A stretch of DNA of 64,000 nucleotides from Planctomycetota bacterium (lineage in GTDB: Bacteria > Planctomycetota > UBA1135 > UBA2386), in assembly GCA_965228735.1 (NCBI GenBank), contig OZ245838.1, positions 3,488,001 through 3,552,000 of the forward strand. The letters are read 5' to 3'. Each line of letters starts with the position of its first letter. Position 1 is the stretch's first letter. A model generated the notes under the pieces. The model saw only the letters and a program-made list of their open reading frames with translations. It did not search any database and had not been told where the DNA came from. Positions 1 to 8,963 of this stretch are shown here, one piece after another. The translations under genes and the position numbers were made by a program.

Positions 1-1011
1 CTCGGCGAGAACACGACACCGCTCCTGCCGTGCCCGCGCCTCGGACAGCACCTCGGTGTGTCCAACCTGCGCGTCAAGGACGAGAGCATGCTGCCCACCG
101 GCTCGTTCAAGGCACGCGGCATGGCGATGGCCGTGACGATGGCGAGGGCGCTCGGGGTCGAGCACGTCGGCACGCCGACGGCCGGCAACGCGGGTGGTGC
201 GCTCGCGGCGTATGCGGCGCGCGCCGGCATGCGCTGCACGGTGCTCATGCCCGACGACACGCCGATCGTCAATCAGCGCGAAGCGGCGTGGTACGGCGCG
301 CGCGCGTTCGTCGTCGACGGTCTGATTCACCAGTGCGGCGCGATCGTCGGCGAGGGCGCCCGGCGCGGCCTCTGGTTCGACATGAGCACGATGAAGGAGC
401 CGTATCGTCTCGAGGGCAAGAAGACGATGGGGCTCGAACTCGCCGATCAGCTCGGCTGGCGGCTGCCGGACGCGATCTTCTATCCGACGGGCGGCGGCAC
501 GGGACTCGTCGGCATGCACAAGGCGTTCGCCGAGCTGCGCGAGATCGGCTGGCTCGATCGCAGCGCGCCGCTGCCCAAGTTGTTCGCCTGTCAGGCGAGC
601 GGCTGCGCGCCCGTCGTGCGCGCCGTCGAACAGGGGCGCGATACCGCGGAGCTCGTCGAGAACGCGCACACCGCGGCGTCCGGGCTGCGCGTGCCGAAGC
701 CGTTCGCCGACCGCATGATCCTGACGGCGCTGCGCGAGTCGGGCGGCACCGCGATCGCCGCGGACGAGGCTCGACTGCCGGAGTTCGCCGAGGCCGCGAT
801 GCGACTCGAGGGCCTCGCGCTATGCCCCGAGACCGCGGCGTGCCTCGTCGCCGTGCAGGAAGCGCTCGCGGCGGGTCAGATCACGAAGGACGCCGAGGTC
901 GTCGTGTTCAACACGGGCGCGATGCAGAAGTACGTGGAGTTCATGGCCCGCGACCTGCCGAGCCTGCAGCGCGACGCGATCGACTGGGAACGGCTGGCTG
1001 CCGCCGATTGA
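1..1011 (+). CDS. thrC: Threonine synthase (PLP fold-type II), 5'-truncated by window edge
   Basis: Open from base 1: LGENTTPL...KDESMLPTGSFKARG (PLP Lys), PTAGNAG, EPYRLEGKKT, YPTGGGTG, PETAA, FNTG motifs. Confidence 0.9.
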   Translation, partial: LGENTTPLLPCPRLGQHLGVSNLRVKDESMLPTGSFKARGMAMAVTMARALGVEHVGTPTAGNAGGALAAYAARAGMRCTVLMPDDTPIVNQREAAWYGARAFVVDGLIHQCGAIVGEGARRGLWFDMSTMKEPYRLEGKKTMGLELADQLGWRLPDAIFYPTGGGTGLVGMHKAFAELREIGWLDRSAPLPKLFACQASGCAPVVRAVEQGRDTAELVENAHTAASGLRVPKPFADRMILTALRESGGTAIAADEARLPEFAEAAMRLEGLALCPETAACLVAVQEALAAGQITKDAEVVVFNTGAMQKYVEFMARDLPSLQRDAIDWERLAAAD

Positions 1012-1029
1012 AGATCGCGCGAGATCCAC

Positions 1030-1160
1030 GTCAGGACTCCTTAATCACCTGCAATAAATCGACTTGAGGCCGACCGACCGGTGACGACGCTCGCTAGATG
1101 ACCACTCCGCCAAGCCCCCCGAAAGGGTTAGATACTCTCGGGTATCGTATTCGTCTGAAA
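1030..1160. ncRNA. Candidate structured RNA (sRNA, 6S-like or leader) between thrC and lipA
   Basis: AT-richer intergenic with hairpins CAGG/CCTG, CCC-GAAA-GGG and GATACT-CTCG-GGTATC, plus end-pairing TCAGGAC...GTCTGA; no family recognised. Confidence 0.3.
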
Positions 1161-1192
1161 CGCCCGAACGACCTATGGTGTTCGCCCCTGCG

Positions 1193-2125
1193 ATGGCGAT
1201 CACCGACGGCAAACGCATCACCCCGGGCGAGAAGCCGAGCTGGCTCAAGGTCCCGATCCCGGCCGGGCCGACCGTTGCGCGGCTGAGCAAGACGCTGCGC
1301 GATCGCGGCCTGCACACGGTGTGCGAGGAGGCCCGCTGCCCCAACATGGGCGAGTGCTGGGACGGCGGCACGGCCACGTTCATGGTGCTCGGCGATACGT
1401 GCACCCGCGGCTGTCGGTTCTGCGCGGTCAAGACGCACGCGCAGGGCAACCCCGTCGATGCCGAAGAACCGGAAAAGGTCGCCGAAGCGTCGGTCGCGAT
1501 GGGCCTCAAGTACGTCGTGCTGACGATGGTCGATCGCGACGACCTGCCCGACGGCGGCGCCGGTCACGTCGCGGCCACGATTCGCGCGATCAAGCAGCGC
1601 AATCCCGAGATCCTCGTCGAGGCGCTCGTCGGCGACATGGACGGCGGTCGCCCGGGACGGAACGACCGCATCCAGACGATCCTCGACGGTGGCCCCGACG
1701 TCTACGCGCACAACATCGAAACGGTGCTGCGGCTCACGCCGCGCGTGCGCGATCACCGCTGCAGCTACGTGACCTCACTCGACACGCTGCGCACGGCCAA
1801 GCAACTCCGGCCCGATGTCGTGACGAAGTCGTCGCTGATGCTCGGCCTCGGCGAGAGCGAGCGTGAGATCGAGCAGGCGATGAACGACCTGCGCGAACAC
1901 GACGTCGACGTCGTGACGTTCGGCCAGTACCTGCGCCCGACGCTCAAGCACCTGCCGGTCAAGGAGCACGTCACACCCGCGCGCTTCAAGGCGCTGGAGC
2001 AACGCGCCCAGCAGAAGGGTTTCCTCTACGTCGCCTCGGGGCCGCTCGTCCGGTCGAGCTACAAGGCCGCCGAGTTCTACATCGCCGGCATGCTGAAGGA
2101 ACGGCGGTCGGAGCAGAGCCGGTGA
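1193..2125 (+). CDS. lipA: Lipoyl synthase (radical SAM)
   Basis: KPSWLK, TVCEEARCPNMGECW, CTRGCRFC, GQYLRP, GPLVRSSY; alternative start 1175. Confidence 0.97.
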   Translation: MAITDGKRITPGEKPSWLKVPIPAGPTVARLSKTLRDRGLHTVCEEARCPNMGECWDGGTATFMVLGDTCTRGCRFCAVKTHAQGNPVDAEEPEKVAEASVAMGLKYVVLTMVDRDDLPDGGAGHVAATIRAIKQRNPEILVEALVGDMDGGRPGRNDRIQTILDGGPDVYAHNIETVLRLTPRVRDHRCSYVTSLDTLRTAKQLRPDVVTKSSLMLGLGESEREIEQAMNDLREHDVDVVTFGQYLRPTLKHLPVKEHVTPARFKALEQRAQQKGFLYVASGPLVRSSYKAAEFYIAGMLKERRSEQSR

Positions 2126-3135
2126 ACGAACCGGTCTCGATCCTCGACGCGGACGGCAACGCGCCGCGCGGCGCGGCGCCGAACCTGACGGCGGCGGAGT
2201 TGCGCCGGCTGTTCACCGCGATGCTGCGCACGCGCCTGCTCGACGAGCACGCCCGGGCGCTGCGAACGGCAGGGCGAATCGAACGTCCGATCGGGGAGCA
2301 GACCGGCGATCCGGATGCGGCGGCCGGCCGCGAGGCGACGCACGTCGGCGCGGCCTCGGCGCTCGACGACTTCGACTGGGTCTTCCCCGGCCACCATCAG
2401 CCCGGCGTCCTCGTCCTGCGCGGTGTGCCGTTCGAGGAGATCGTCAGCGAGTGGTTCGGCGCGGCCCACGAGCCGGCCAAGGGGCGGCAGCAGCCCGGGC
2501 GATACTCGTTCCGGCGCGCCAACTTCGTGAGCGCGAGCGGCCTGCCGGGCACCCAGCTCAACCAGGCGACCGGCGCGGCGATGGCCGCGCGCGCTCGGGG
2601 CGAGGACGCGGCGTTCCTGACGTTCTGCGACGACGCCGGGGTGGCGAGCAGCGACTTCCACGCGGGCCTCAACTTCGCCGCGGTCTACAAGACGCCGCTC
2701 GTCGTCGTCGTCGAACGCGAGGCGACCGCCGCGGACGCGACGACCGATCGGGCCACCGCGTACGGGCTGCCGAGCGTCGTCGTCGACGGCAACGACGTGC
2801 TCGCCGTGCACCGCGTGTGCCGCGAGGCCGTCGATCGCGCGCGGCGCGGCGACGGCGCCACGCTCGTCGAGGCCGTCACGAGCTTCGGCGCCGGCGACGG
2901 GAACGGGGATTGGCGCAGCGAAGATCCGATCGCGCGCTGCCGCCGCTACCTGCAACGGCGCGAGCTCTGGGACGAAACGTTCGAGGCCGAGTGTCGCGAA
3001 CAGGCTGCGACCGAGCTTCTGGCCGCGACCGAGCACGCGGCGCAGGCCGCCCCCCCGACCCCGGCGTCGATGTTCGACGACGTCTTCATGAATCTGTCGC
3101 CGCAGCTGCGCGAGCAGCGCGCGACCCTGACCTGA
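2122..3135 (+). CDS. Degenerate 2-oxoacid dehydrogenase E1 alpha-like protein lacking TPP-binding and catalytic motifs (probable pseudoenzyme)
   Basis: Collinear with E1alpha (KGRQ, GTQ..A.GAA, DFHAGLNFAAVYK, VDGNDVLAV, G.GATLVEAVT, DPI) but GDG becomes CDD, and NN and HSxSDD are missing; GTGA overlap with lipA. Confidence 0.85.
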   Translation: MNEPVSILDADGNAPRGAAPNLTAAELRRLFTAMLRTRLLDEHARALRTAGRIERPIGEQTGDPDAAAGREATHVGAASALDDFDWVFPGHHQPGVLVLRGVPFEEIVSEWFGAAHEPAKGRQQPGRYSFRRANFVSASGLPGTQLNQATGAAMAARARGEDAAFLTFCDDAGVASSDFHAGLNFAAVYKTPLVVVVEREATAADATTDRATAYGLPSVVVDGNDVLAVHRVCREAVDRARRGDGATLVEAVTSFGAGDGNGDWRSEDPIARCRRYLQRRELWDETFEAECREQAATELLAATEHAAQAAPPTPASMFDDVFMNLSPQLREQRATLT

Positions 3136-3178
3136 GATCGCGCGATCCAGCGCACCCGAGCGACCAGCGACCCGAACG

Positions 3179-4192
3179 ATGACCGCAGCCGAGACCCCCG
3201 AGCAGACCCGCGCCGGCGTGCAGGTGATGACGATGATCGAAGCGATCAACGACGCCCTGCACACCGAGATGAAGAACGACGACCGCGTGCTCGTGTTCGG
3301 CGAGGACGTCGGCCCGAAGGGCGGCGTGTTCGGCGCGACGGCCGGGTTGTTCGACACGTTCGGCGAGCAGCGCTGCTTCGACACGCCGCTGTCGGAGTGC
3401 GGCATCGTCGGCACGGGCATCGGCATGGCGCTCTACGGCATGCGGCCCGTCGCCGAGATCCAGTTCCTCGACTTCATCTACCCGGCGTTCGACCAGATCG
3501 TCAGCGAGGCCGCCAAGATGCGCTACCGCAGCGGCGGCGAGTACACGTGCCCGATGGTGATCCGTTCGCCGTACGGCGGCGGCATCCGCGGCGGCCACTA
3601 CCACAGCCAGTCGAGCGAGGCCTACTTCTGCCACACGCCGGGGCTCAAGGTCGTGATCCCGAGCACGCCGGCCGACGCCAAGGGGCTGCTGATCAGCTCG
3701 ATCCGGGACGAGGATCCCGTGATGTTCCTCGAGCCGAAGAAGATCTACCGCCACGGCAAGGGCGAGGTGCCGCTCGGTGAACACACCGTGCCGCTCGGCA
3801 AGGCCCGCATCGCGCGCGAGGGCACCGACGTCACGCTGCTCGCCTACGGCGCGATGGTGCCCGTGTGCGAACAGGCCGCCGCGACCGCCGCCGAGAACGG
3901 CCGCAGCATCGAGGTCGTCGACCTGCGCACGCTCGTGCCGCTCGACGAGGCGACGATCCTCGAGTCGGTGAAGAAGACCGGCCGTTGCGTCGTCGTCTAC
4001 GAAGCGCCCAAGACCTGCGGCTTCGGCGCCGAACTCGCGGCACTGCTCGCGGAGAAGTGCATCGAATACCTCGAAGGCCCCGTCGTGCGCGTCGCGGGCT
4101 TCGACACCCCGTTCCCCTACACCCTCGAACACCTCTACATGCCCGACGAAAAGCGAGTGCTCGCGGGCATCGACAAGACCTTCGCCTGGTAG
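3179..4192 (+). CDS. pdhB: 2-oxoacid (pyruvate/branched-chain) dehydrogenase E1 beta subunit
   Basis: GEDVG..GGVF, FDTPLSE, AEIQFLDF, HSQS.EA, FLEPK, DLRTL.PLD; substrate (pyruvate vs branched-chain) not resolved. Confidence 0.95.
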   Translation: MTAAETPEQTRAGVQVMTMIEAINDALHTEMKNDDRVLVFGEDVGPKGGVFGATAGLFDTFGEQRCFDTPLSECGIVGTGIGMALYGMRPVAEIQFLDFIYPAFDQIVSEAAKMRYRSGGEYTCPMVIRSPYGGGIRGGHYHSQSSEAYFCHTPGLKVVIPSTPADAKGLLISSIRDEDPVMFLEPKKIYRHGKGEVPLGEHTVPLGKARIAREGTDVTLLAYGAMVPVCEQAAATAAENGRSIEVVDLRTLVPLDEATILESVKKTGRCVVVYEAPKTCGFGAELAALLAEKCIEYLEGPVVRVAGFDTPFPYTLEHLYMPDEKRVLAGIDKTFAW

Positions 4193-4244
4193 CCCGTCCC
4201 GAACGACGGCTATCGGGCAACCGCACCCCCACCACCGAAGAATC

Positions 4245-5612
4245 ATGGCACTGAAAGAGTTCAAGCTCCCCGACATCGGCGAAGGCATCGCCGAAGGCGA
4301 GATCGTCAGCTGGAAGGTCGAAGCCGGCCAGTCCGTCAAGGAAGAGGACGAGTTCGTCGAAGTCATGACGGACAAGGCGACGGTGACGATCACCGTGCCG
4401 TTCACCGGCAAGATCGCCGAGCTCAAGGCCGGCGAAGGTGACGTCGTGCCCGTCGGCTCCGTGATCGCGACGATCGACGCCGGCGCCGGCGGCGACGCCG
4501 CCGAGCCGGCCAAGGAAGACGCGAAGGCCGACGCCAAGGCGGAGAGCAAGCCCGAGCCCGAGGCGGAGAGCAAGGCCGAGCCGAAGGCCGAGGGCAAGGC
4601 CCAGAGCAAGCCCGCGCCGGCCGCCGCCGCATCGAGCAGCAGCAGCGGCAGCGGCAATGGCACGGCCGCGCCGGCCGCGCCTCAGAACTTCGTGCAGAGC
4701 AGCCCCGGCAAGGTCCTCGCCGCGCCGGCCACGCGCCGCCGCGCCCGCGAGCTGGGCATCGACCTGTCGCAGATCGACCCGAGCGGGCCGCGCGGGCGCA
4801 TCACCAACGACGACCTCGCCGCATTCTCGGGCGGCGGCGCGGCGGCACCGGCGGCAGCCGGCGGCGGCGGCGCCCAGCGCTTCACGCCGATCGCGATCCC
4901 GGCCGATCCGCATGGCCGCGAGGAGCGCGTCGGTTTCCGCGGGCTGCGCCGCAAGATCGCCGAGGCGATGACGCGGTCGAAGTTCACGGCCACGCACTTC
5001 ACCTACGTCGACGATGTCGACGTGACCGACCTCTACAAGATCCGCAAGGAGGCCAAGGCGGCCTACGCGGACAAGGGCGTCAACGTCACGTATCTGCCGT
5101 TCATCATGAAGGCGATCGTGCAGGCCATGCGCGAGTTCCCGATGATGAACAGCTCGCTCGACGAGACGACGAACGAGCTCGTCATCAAGAAGTACTACAA
5201 CTTCGGCATCGCGACGGACACCGACAACGGGCTCATCGTGCCGGTCATCAAGGACGTCGATCAGAAGTCGGTCGGCGAGCTCGCGGCCGACCTGCAGGAG
5301 CTGGCCAAGCGCACGCGCGAGGGCTCGGTCACGGTCGACGACCTCACGGGCGGCTCGTTCACGATCACCAACGCGGGTAACATCGGCGGCCTCTTCGCGA
5401 CGCCGGTCATCAACTTCCCCGAGGTCGCGATCTGCGGCGTGCACGCGATCAAGGACACGCCAGTCGTGCGTGACGGCGAGATCGTCGTCGGCAAGAAGAT
5501 GTACCTGTCGGTCTCGATCGACCACCGCATCGTCGACGGCGCCACCGGCGCGCGCTGGATGAACATCGTCAAGGACTGCCTCGAGCAGCCGTACCGGCTG
5601 CTGCTCGGCTGA
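4245..5612 (+). CDS. pdhC: Dihydrolipoamide acyltransferase E2 (one lipoyl domain)
   Basis: LPDIGEGIAEGEI, EVMTDKAT lipoyl-Lys, AAPATRRRARELG peripheral-subunit-binding domain, DHRIVDG catalytic motif. Confidence 0.95.
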   Translation: MALKEFKLPDIGEGIAEGEIVSWKVEAGQSVKEEDEFVEVMTDKATVTITVPFTGKIAELKAGEGDVVPVGSVIATIDAGAGGDAAEPAKEDAKADAKAESKPEPEAESKAEPKAEGKAQSKPAPAAAASSSSSGSGNGTAAPAAPQNFVQSSPGKVLAAPATRRRARELGIDLSQIDPSGPRGRITNDDLAAFSGGGAAAPAAAGGGGAQRFTPIAIPADPHGREERVGFRGLRRKIAEAMTRSKFTATHFTYVDDVDVTDLYKIRKEAKAAYADKGVNVTYLPFIMKAIVQAMREFPMMNSSLDETTNELVIKKYYNFGIATDTDNGLIVPVIKDVDQKSVGELAADLQELAKRTREGSVTVDDLTGGSFTITNAGNIGGLFATPVINFPEVAICGVHAIKDTPVVRDGEIVVGKKMYLSVSIDHRIVDGATGARWMNIVKDCLEQPYRLLLG

Positions 5613-6970
5613 TGGCAGCGCGCAGGAAAGCGGCGAAGAAGGCGACCCGTAAGCCGGTCGCGAAGAAGGGCGCCAAGAAGAGCGCGGCCGGCGCCCGTTC
5701 GTCGGCCGGCCGCAAGAAGGCCGCTCCGAAGAAGGCGGCCCGCAAGCAGGCCGCGAAGAAGCTCCCCCAAGAGAAGGGCAGCCCGAAGAAGGGCGCCAAG
5801 AAGGCCGGCGCGAAGACCCGCCCCACGGCGCGTCGCGCACCGTCACCGAACGGCGCGGTCACGCCCACGGGCTCCGGTCTCGTGCGCCTGCTCGAGGACG
5901 ACGGCACCGTGCAGAAGGGCAAGGATCCCGGGCTGTCGCCCGAGACCCTGCTTTTCCTCTACGAGCAGATGGTGCAGGTGCGCGAGTTCGACCGCCGCAT
6001 GCTCATGCTGCAGCGTCAGGGTCGGATCGGGTTCTACGGCCCGATCCTCGGTCAGGAGGCCGCGACGGTCGGCTCGATCGCCGCGCTCGAAGATCGCGAC
6101 TGGATCTTCCCGGCCCTCCGCGAAGGCGCGGCCGCGATGATGCGCGGACTCTCGCTGACGGAGGCGATCAACCAGCTCGTCGGCAACGGCGCCGACCGCT
6201 GCAAGGGTCGCCAGATGCCGTGCCACTACACCTACAAGGAAGGCAACTACTACGGCATGTCGTCGGTGATCGGCACCCAGATCAGCCACGCCGTGGGCGC
6301 CGCGATGGCAGCGCGCATCAAGGGCGACGACGTCGTCGTGCTCGGCTACATGGGTGACGGCGCGACGAGCGCGAACGACTTCCATGCGGGGATGAACTTC
6401 GCCGCGGTCTACCGGAGCCCGTGCGTCTTGTTCTGTCAGAACAACCACTGGGCGATCTCGGTGCCGATCAGCAAGCAGAGCGCGTCGGAGACCATCGCCC
6501 AGAAGGGCAAGTCCTACGGCATGCCCTACGTGCGGGTCGACGGCAACGACGTGCTCGCGGTTTACTCCGCAACGAAGGAAGCGGCCGAACGCGCCCGCCG
6601 CGGTGACGGCCCGACGTTCGTCGAAGCCGTGACCTACCGCCGACTCGGCCACAGCTCGAGCGACGATCCGACGCGGTATCGCGACGAGGCCGAGGTGCGC
6701 GCATGGGAGGAGAAGGACCCGATCGATCGGTTCCGCACCTACCTCGAGAAGCGCTCTCTCTGGGACGAGGACCGCGAGGTCGCGTTCAAAGAGGAGATCG
6801 CGGCGCGCGTCAACGAGGCGATCGCCGCGGCGGAGGCCAACGGCCCGCCGGACGACGAGACGTTGATCACCGACGTGTTCGCCGACGTTCCCGAACCGCT
6901 CAAGGAACAGCTCCGCGACGTTCTCGCGCTCGAAGGGCGCGGCGTCAACGAGGGCGCGTTCCCGCTCTGA
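5612..6970 (+). CDS. pdhA: 2-oxoacid dehydrogenase E1 alpha subunit with N-terminal Lys/Ala-rich histone-H1-like extension
   Basis: RQGRIGFY, GRQMPCHY, MGDGATS...QNNHWAIS TPP motif, YRRLGHSSSDDP; TGATG coupling to the E2 stop supports the long start. Confidence 0.93.
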   Translation: MAARRKAAKKATRKPVAKKGAKKSAAGARSSAGRKKAAPKKAARKQAAKKLPQEKGSPKKGAKKAGAKTRPTARRAPSPNGAVTPTGSGLVRLLEDDGTVQKGKDPGLSPETLLFLYEQMVQVREFDRRMLMLQRQGRIGFYGPILGQEAATVGSIAALEDRDWIFPALREGAAAMMRGLSLTEAINQLVGNGADRCKGRQMPCHYTYKEGNYYGMSSVIGTQISHAVGAAMAARIKGDDVVVLGYMGDGATSANDFHAGMNFAAVYRSPCVLFCQNNHWAISVPISKQSASETIAQKGKSYGMPYVRVDGNDVLAVYSATKEAAERARRGDGPTFVEAVTYRRLGHSSSDDPTRYRDEAEVRAWEEKDPIDRFRTYLEKRSLWDEDREVAFKEEIAARVNEAIAAAEANGPPDDETLITDVFADVPEPLKEQLRDVLALEGRGVNEGAFPL

Positions 6971-6991
6971 GCCCGTCCGGCCGGCACCGCG

Positions 6992-8926
6992 ATGAACTGG
7001 CACTCGAAGGCAACCCCGCTCCTCGTGCTGCTGGCGCTCGTCGCCCTCGCCTACTGGCCCGCGATCGACTGCGGGTTCATCTGGGACGACGACGACTACG
7101 TCACCCAGAACCCCGTGCTGCGCACGTGGGGCGGGATCTTGAGCGTGTGGTTCGAGCCGACGTCACTGCCGCAGTACTACCCGCTCGTCCACACGACGTT
7201 CTGGCTCGAGTACCGTCTCTGGGGTCCGGAGCCGGCCGGCTACCACGTCGTCAATCTCCTGCTGCACTTCCTGGCCTGCTGCGGCCTGCTCGCGCTGCTG
7301 CGCCGCCTCGCGGTCCCCGGCGCGTTCTTCGCCGCCGCGCTGTTCGCCGTGCACCCCGTGATGGTCGAATCCGTCGCGTGGGTGACCGAACGCAAGAACG
7401 TGCTGTCCCTGCTCTGCGCGGTCCTCGCCGCCAACGCGTGGCTGGGCTGGCGCGACGGCGACCGCACCATGCGCAGCCGCGGCTGGATGCTGGCGACGCT
7501 GTGGTTCGTGTTCGCGCTGCTCAGCAAGACGGTGACGGCGTCGACACCGGGCGCGCTGCTCGTGATCCAGTGGTGGCGGCACGGCCGACTCGAGCGGCGC
7601 GACTGGCTCGGCCTCCTGCCGTGGATCGGGCTCGGCCTGTTCTTCGGACTGCTCACGGCGTGGCTCGAAGCGACCCACGTCGGCGCCGGCGGTGAAGCGT
7701 GGCAGCTGCAGGGCGGCGAACGGTTGCTCGTCGCCGGTCGGGCGCCGTGGTTCTACCTTTCGACGCTGCTGTGGCCCGCGGAACTGTGCTTCAACTACGC
7801 GCGCTGGGAGCTCGACACCGGCAGCTTCATACAGTGGCTCCCGGTCGTCGGCACGGTGGCGACGGTCGTCGTGCTGGTGCTCCTCCGGAACCGCATCGGC
7901 CGCGGCCCCGCCGCCGTCGTGCTGCTCTTCGGCGGGATGCTCGTGCCAGCGCTCGGGTTCTTCGACGTCTATCCGTTCCGGTTCAGCTACGTCGCGGATC
8001 ACTTCCAGTATCACGCGGCGACCGCGATGCTCGCCGGCATCGCCGCGGGACTCACTCTCGTTGTTGGCCGGACCCGACTGACCGCACCGGTCCGGCTCGC
8101 GGCCGCGGGGCTCGTTCTCCTGCCGCTCGGCGTGCTCACCAACCTGCACACGCGCAACTACCGCGACCTCGAGACGCTGTGGCGCGCGACGCTCGACACG
8201 CAACCGGACTCGGCGCTGGCGACGATCAACCTCGCCGGCCTGCTCATGAACGAGCAGCAGCTCGACGAGGCGGAGGCGATGTACCACCGCAGCCTCGAGC
8301 TGATGCCGGACAGCCACGAGGCGTTCGCCAATCTCGCCGTGATCGCGCACCAGCGTCGCGACCTGGCCGAGGCCGAGCGGCTCTACGAGCGGACCCTTGC
8401 ATTGCGGCGCAAGCAACCGATCACGCTCGTGAACTACGGGCACTGGCATCTCGAACAGGGCCGGAACCGCGCCGCGTTCGACCTCGCGCGCGAAGCCCTC
8501 GACCTCAATCCGGACCTGATGCAGGGCCACCGGTTGCGGCTCACCGCCGGGGTGCGCATCGGCCGCTGGTCGGACGCGGTGGCGAGCGCCGACTACATCC
8601 TGAAGCGCCTGCCCGCGGACCTCGACGTGCGCGTCGCCGCCGCCGAGGCGCTCGCCGGCAGCGGCAACCACGAGAGCGCGATTCAGAACGCTCACGCCGC
8701 GCTGCAACGACAGCCGGAGAACGATCGCGCCCGCAGCGTGTTCGTCGCCGCGCTCGCGGTCATCCTGAGCAAGCGCCCGGCCGCCGGTGCGGCCAGCGAG
8801 GCCCGCCGCATGTGCGCGAGCGGCAAGCTCGACGCCGAGCCGTTGCTGCCCGCCCTCGCCGCGGAACTTCGCCGCATCGGCGCCCTCGCCCACGCCGAGG
8901 TCGTCGCGCGCGCCGCCGGCGGGTGA
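6992..8926 (+). CDS. TMTC-like GT-C membrane glycosyltransferase with C-terminal TPR repeats
   Basis: FIWDDDDYV, YYPL, YHVVNLLLH, LFAVHPVMVESVAWVTERK, ADHFQY motifs, many TM helices, TPRs. Confidence 0.85.
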   Translation: MNWHSKATPLLVLLALVALAYWPAIDCGFIWDDDDYVTQNPVLRTWGGILSVWFEPTSLPQYYPLVHTTFWLEYRLWGPEPAGYHVVNLLLHFLACCGLLALLRRLAVPGAFFAAALFAVHPVMVESVAWVTERKNVLSLLCAVLAANAWLGWRDGDRTMRSRGWMLATLWFVFALLSKTVTASTPGALLVIQWWRHGRLERRDWLGLLPWIGLGLFFGLLTAWLEATHVGAGGEAWQLQGGERLLVAGRAPWFYLSTLLWPAELCFNYARWELDTGSFIQWLPVVGTVATVVVLVLLRNRIGRGPAAVVLLFGGMLVPALGFFDVYPFRFSYVADHFQYHAATAMLAGIAAGLTLVVGRTRLTAPVRLAAAGLVLLPLGVLTNLHTRNYRDLETLWRATLDTQPDSALATINLAGLLMNEQQLDEAEAMYHRSLELMPDSHEAFANLAVIAHQRRDLAEAERLYERTLALRRKQPITLVNYGHWHLEQGRNRAAFDLAREALDLNPDLMQGHRLRLTAGVRIGRWSDAVASADYILKRLPADLDVRVAAAEALAGSGNHESAIQNAHAALQRQPENDRARSVFVAALAVILSKRPAAGAASEARRMCASGKLDAEPLLPALAAELRRIGALAHAEVVARAAGG

Positions 8927-8963
8927 TTCCCGACTGCGCGAACCCGGGGTACAACGGCGGGGC

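Noticed and set aside
1095..1122. tRNA-like 5' end on minus strand (GGGGGCTTGGCGGAGTGGTC)
   Set aside because: No T-arm GTTCGA, no acceptor-stem partner and no CCA at the expected distance.
4500..4680. Short AAGGCCGAG-type repeats
   Set aside because: Ordinary Ala/Pro/Glu/Lys linker of E2.
3086..7003. Several long minus-strand ORFs (525, 671, 386 aa)
   Set aside because: Shadows of the well-supported E1beta, E2 and E1alpha genes.
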